Below, piece after piece: positions 59,471 to 64,000 of a stretch of DNA of 64,000 nt. Location of the stretch: NCBI GenBank assembly GCA_013239625.1, contig MU054212.1, positions 1,860,001 to 1,924,000 of the forward strand, read 5' to 3'. How positions within the stretch are numbered: position 1 is the stretch's first letter; each line of letters begins with the position of its first letter. The translations under genes were made by a program, and so were the position numbers. Source of the stretch: Lama guanicoe (taxonomy: Eukaryota). The notes beneath the pieces were generated by a model, which was given only the letters and a program-made list of their open reading frames with translations, searched no databases and had not been told where the DNA came from.

Positions 59471-61459
59471 CTAGGCGTCCCTGTCTCCTGTCACACACTA
59501 ATGACAGAGGTACGGGCCCTTGCGCCCAGATCTCTTGATTTCAGGTCTAACATAATAAAGAAGGCAATTTGATATCTATTAGATTATGTTGAAATACTCT
59601 GCACCAACAGATCACCCCACAATGTAGAATTTCAAGAAGTAAGTCCCGGTAGCAATTCCAACTGTGAAGCCAAACAGGACACCATGTGTGCGTGTCAGTG
59701 AGGGTGCTGAATGTGGCTGCCGGACTTGGGGGGGAATGCAAATGACCTTGGGGAAAATGAGGCAAGAGGCCGGGGCTCCTGCTGCTGTGACCTCTGACCT
59801 TCCAGAAGGATCCTCCTGGCCCTCCCTTAGTTCCCCCCATTAAGTCTCCCCACATCCCAGGCCAGTCCCAACCTGATTACATTTATAAGAACAAGTGTTT
59901 CCAATTCTGTGCTTTTAAAGTTTAATTGAAAGACCAAATCCTCCTAAAACAGCTAAAAATCTATAACCGTTTTCCCAAACATCCTCACTGAAAACTCCTC
60001 CGCTGGCCAAAGCCATGTTCAAGGACAACTATGGTGTGTGGCCGGAGTGCAAACAGCTTTCCTTTAAAGCAGAAACCAAAAAAAAAAGGGAAAAAAATTA
60101 CAGTCTAGCCGCTCTCAGTGATGGGGAACATTCCTTCAAACCCTGCCCCACAGTGTAACCTCAGGCAAAGGTTTCCTCTTCTGTCAGAGCTGGAACGTTT
60201 GGAAACAGGCTGCCCCTGCAAGCTTTGCTCTTGTTTCTTTGGAGGATTCCTCTGACGGTCCCTAACTGCATTATCAGGATTTGTCTCGCTGGTAATGGCC
60301 AATTCATTTGTGTTACCACGTTTAGACCTTACACTAAGCAGACAATCGCAGGTATGAAGAGTGGTTCCACAGATTTTACGGCAACCGTCTGCTCTGACAG
60401 CTCAGAGGGAAATACCAGCAGGAAATCAAGCCCGTCCTCCCCATCTTTCCCGACCGGTTTCCCCATCCCCTCTGGTAGACGTGCAGACGGACTGATGGAC
60501 AGACTGCATGCGTACGCACAACCCCCCCCCCCGCTGTAAACCCCAGTGGCAACCCTCAACCTCACTGGGGAAGAGTTGGGACAGACATCAGCCCAGTTCT
60601 TCATGTAACAGCCAAGGAACTGACCCCGGGAGAGGGTAAGGGACTCGCCACGTGTTAGTTCTAAGTGGCAAAGGCAGTGGCTTGATCCCAGGGACATCTG
60701 ACTACTGCTGCTTAAGCAGCACTGTTCAATAACGGCGTAAAGAAGTCCTTCTCCGATACTGGGGGTGTTCAGGAGTTTCCCTTCTATAAGCCCTTGTAAG
60801 ATGTGACTCTATTTTACAAGCGATCAATTTCTCAGGCCTCTCTTCTGAAGGCCTTTCCTGCAGACATCGTGACCCACTGGTGCAGCGCGGCCCCCGGCTG
60901 CCCAAGCCTTCCCACGTGGTTCTCACGCCGGTCAGGCGCCATGGATGATACCTCTCCCCAGTTCATCGCCTCCGCTCTGAAAACAGCTGCGCGTATTAAA
61001 GGCACCCACCACCCCCCATCGAAAAACGGGGGATGCCAGACAGCAGCACCATTTCAAAGAACTTGTGAAGGAAAATAAACACTAGGAAGTTGTTTAGAGG
61101 TTTGAAATATGAAAAAAAAAATAACCCTGAGTCATATTCTAATTTTTATAGGTACAATTTGTACCTATCTTTCAGTAGATGAGAGAGGTGGCACACAAGA
61201 AACGGATCATTAAACAGTAGTGTGAAACCAGGGAAATTAACCAGCTGCTGTGAAAGCCACCTCTCTTATTCTCTGAGAAAGAGGAGAGGGTGGGGGTAGG
61301 GAGAGGGGGCCCAGGAAAAGCAGGAATAAAGGAGCTGGTTGTGCCAATGAGCTTAGACGTCTGCGCACTGTCCTTAAGCTGATGAACAGCGAATGTTTGA
61401 TCAAAAAATAATAGTTGTATGTGAATGACCTTTCATACTTTTGAAGTCATAATAATTTG

Positions 61460-61640
61460 TTCTGGAAGGGCCTTAAAGATCATGTCATTCAATGCGCTGA
61501 TTTAACAGGACATCAAACCGGGGAACTGAGGTTGAAGAGAACTGACTCAGCCTCATGACCACACAGCAAGTGGGTGGCAAGAGCCTGGCCGCCTGGCTCC
61601 CCGTCTTGCTCTCTCTCCACTGACCCACACTGCCTGGTCA
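61460..61640 (-). mobile_element. MIR fragment
   Basis: ctggaagggccttaaagatcat...ttttaacagga...ggaactgagg...cacacagcaagtgggtggcaagagc. Confidence 0.45.
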
Positions 61641-64000
61641 GCCAATGGGCCAAAAGGCATTAGAGAGCCTTTTTCAGTTAAGCAAGAAAGTACAGGATAC
61701 AACACAAGATGGTTGGGTTTTGGCTGTTTAGCTGTTTTTCTGAACACACAGGAGGCGACCTCTCTTCTTCATCTGAAGGAATCCATGGGACGGTCTGGGC
61801 TGCTGAGTAAGCACCCCGTGTGCCTCCACCAGGCCAGAAGTACAAAAAGACTGTAAGGAATCTGGCAAACGGCCATGCCCGAAGTCACTGCAGGAAAGCT
61901 GTCCCATGCATACACGGTGTCCTAGCATCCAGGACATTTGGGAACGGTGTGACAAAAACGGGAGAGGGAGTGCCTTCCTTACAGCTGCTACTCCATTTAG
62001 TCTTCACACACCCCCTTCTTAGATGGCACAGTTGAGGCCAGAAACCATCAGTGAGAACCGCCTATCACACAGAGAACCAGTTCTCCAACCCACGTCCACT
62101 GGGTCCAAGTTCTTCCTTTGTGACCCTGTTCCTTCTCTCTCTACAGGCGCTCTGTGCATGGCAACTAGGTCTTTGGGTGAAACGAGACTCTGGTACCAGC
62201 TCATAATTTCCATCTTACTTGCTTCATCCATTAAATTCCAAGTTCCTCTCTGCTCCTGAATGAAAAGAAAAGGCCGTCTCTTCTTAGCTCCCCTTTCTGA
62301 TCCCACCCTGACACTTGGAAGAACAAAAAGGCGCGCAGCCAACACGAAGGGAAGGCACATCTCCCGGCAAGACTGCAGAGCCCAAGACGGAGAGAAAGCA
62401 GGAACAAAGTAACAAATTATATTGTCAGAGAAAATGTGAACTTTCTGATTGGGGATGACATTTATTTTAAGTGTGCGATGACGGCAGGGAATCTGTCAGC
62501 GTAAGACGTGGCAGAGGTTTCAGCGTTTCTTAAGAGTGTCGTGGGAATTTAGCTAAAACTGCTAAAACTGACACCATTGGCTTTTGTTAACACATTAAGC
62601 ATGGGAAAAGTGCCAGTCAGCATATCCTCCATTGCATCAATTCAGTTAAATCATCTGGAAGATGCATAAAACCTGGGGGGGGGTGCGGATAATAACGGCT
62701 ACATTTTTCAACACACGGGGAGATTGAGGGGAGAAGGCCAGTGCCATTTTGATAAGGATAACAAATGATGCCGTTAAGATACAGCTCCCAACAAGGGAAA
62801 AAGGGTAGGGACGGCATTTTTATCGGCCCTGCTATATTCCTATCGACATTCTAGTCTAGGAAACAAAGTTCACGGGCTACTGCATGAAACCAAAACTTGT
62901 AGAGGAGACTGATCATGGATCAACATGTAGACAAACGCACGGATTTGACTGAAGTAAAACTGAAGATCTGTCTCAAACTTTCTGCTTAAAAACAGACTCA
63001 ATTATTACTTCGGAGTTCGGCTGCGTGAGAAAAAGCAGAAATTCCACTGTTTGCCCAGGGAGATGAACTGAACCCAACGCAAAGGCACCTCTGCTTCTCC
63101 ACGAACCCTTCAGGCGGACCCAACCCACTGAACCTTGCTGTGACCCACTCCCTCCCCAGAAGCAGATCAAAAGAAAAGAAAATTGAAAGCTTGATGATGA
63201 TGATGACATGGTTTCCAACAATTAAATGGGTCTGAGCTCTCGGTGACCGGAACATTATATCGAAATGGTAGCCTAAGCTGCTCTGGACAAATGTTTTGAT
63301 TGGAGTCGAAGATTTCGTTCTCAGCACCCTTTGTCTAGTCAATGAAAAATTACATGTTTGTGTCATAGGAAGATTTAAGAAAAAGAGTCGGGTGTTTATG
63401 TTTGAAGAGCACAAAGACACCGCAGGGCTGCCAAGTTGCGCTAGAAAGCCCCGAGCCTTTCACCATAGCCCCGTCCGCGCGCTGGCCAGACCTCAGCAAA
63501 TGAGACACTCCTTCCAAGTCAGGGCGTCCCCCGGGGGCCGTTTCTCCTCAGGGCACAGAGAACTGAAATTCTGTCTTCGGGTCCCCTTATTGACTCCCAG
63601 ACTAAAGAAGAGCCTTCAATTTGGCAGAACTCTATGAAGCAAATGACTCACTGCCCTTTGGCAGAGACTGAACCCCGTACGTGCCTCTACGTCAGGATTT
63701 ACGCCCTTTGTAATGTGCAGGCGCTCGGGGTTTGCTGCTATCTGACTTGGCACTTTCTGGTCCGCTTCCAGGGGAGTGTTTATTGTCCATAGGTTAGGGT
63801 GCATCTAATTTAAAGCTTTTCCTGGCTCCCTGGTTATCTGTAAATGATTACTCCACGCTCAGATTTTTCAGCAACAGACTCTAATGAATGTAAGTAAAAT
63901 ATGCCCCTGTTCTGCAACTGTAGAGCCGCAACCCCCTCTCTCTACAACAACCTCTCCACTGACTGGAGGTGACCGGAGTGACTTTTCAACCTTCCATGTG

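Overview
Mammalian genomic DNA, most likely from a camelid (two Vic-1-like tRNA-derived SINEs, and a young L1 whose 3' UTR resembles camelid L1 as I recall it). The whole window lies inside the zinc-finger gene ZNF521 on the minus strand. Only two coding exons are present: 17679-17810 (132 nt) and 15170-15285 (116 nt), which encode the C-terminal C2H2 fingers. The flanking exons are outside the window. The rest is intron. It carries old repeats (MIR, L2, a hAT-Charlie MITE, old L1M fragments) and a young 5'-truncated L1 nested inside an older L1, with an exact target-site duplication and an apparent short 3' transduction. It also has several repeat-free, motif-dense blocks that look like conserved enhancers. 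I see no convincing evidence of a new biological system. The best leads are a 48-nt in-frame candidate cassette exon (30729-30776), the nested L1 with its transduction tag, local GC-shifted patches inside old repeats (possible biased gene conversion), and the enhancer-like blocks. Repeat family names and consensus comparisons are from memory and repeat boundaries are approximate. Nearly all short ORFs in the track are noise.
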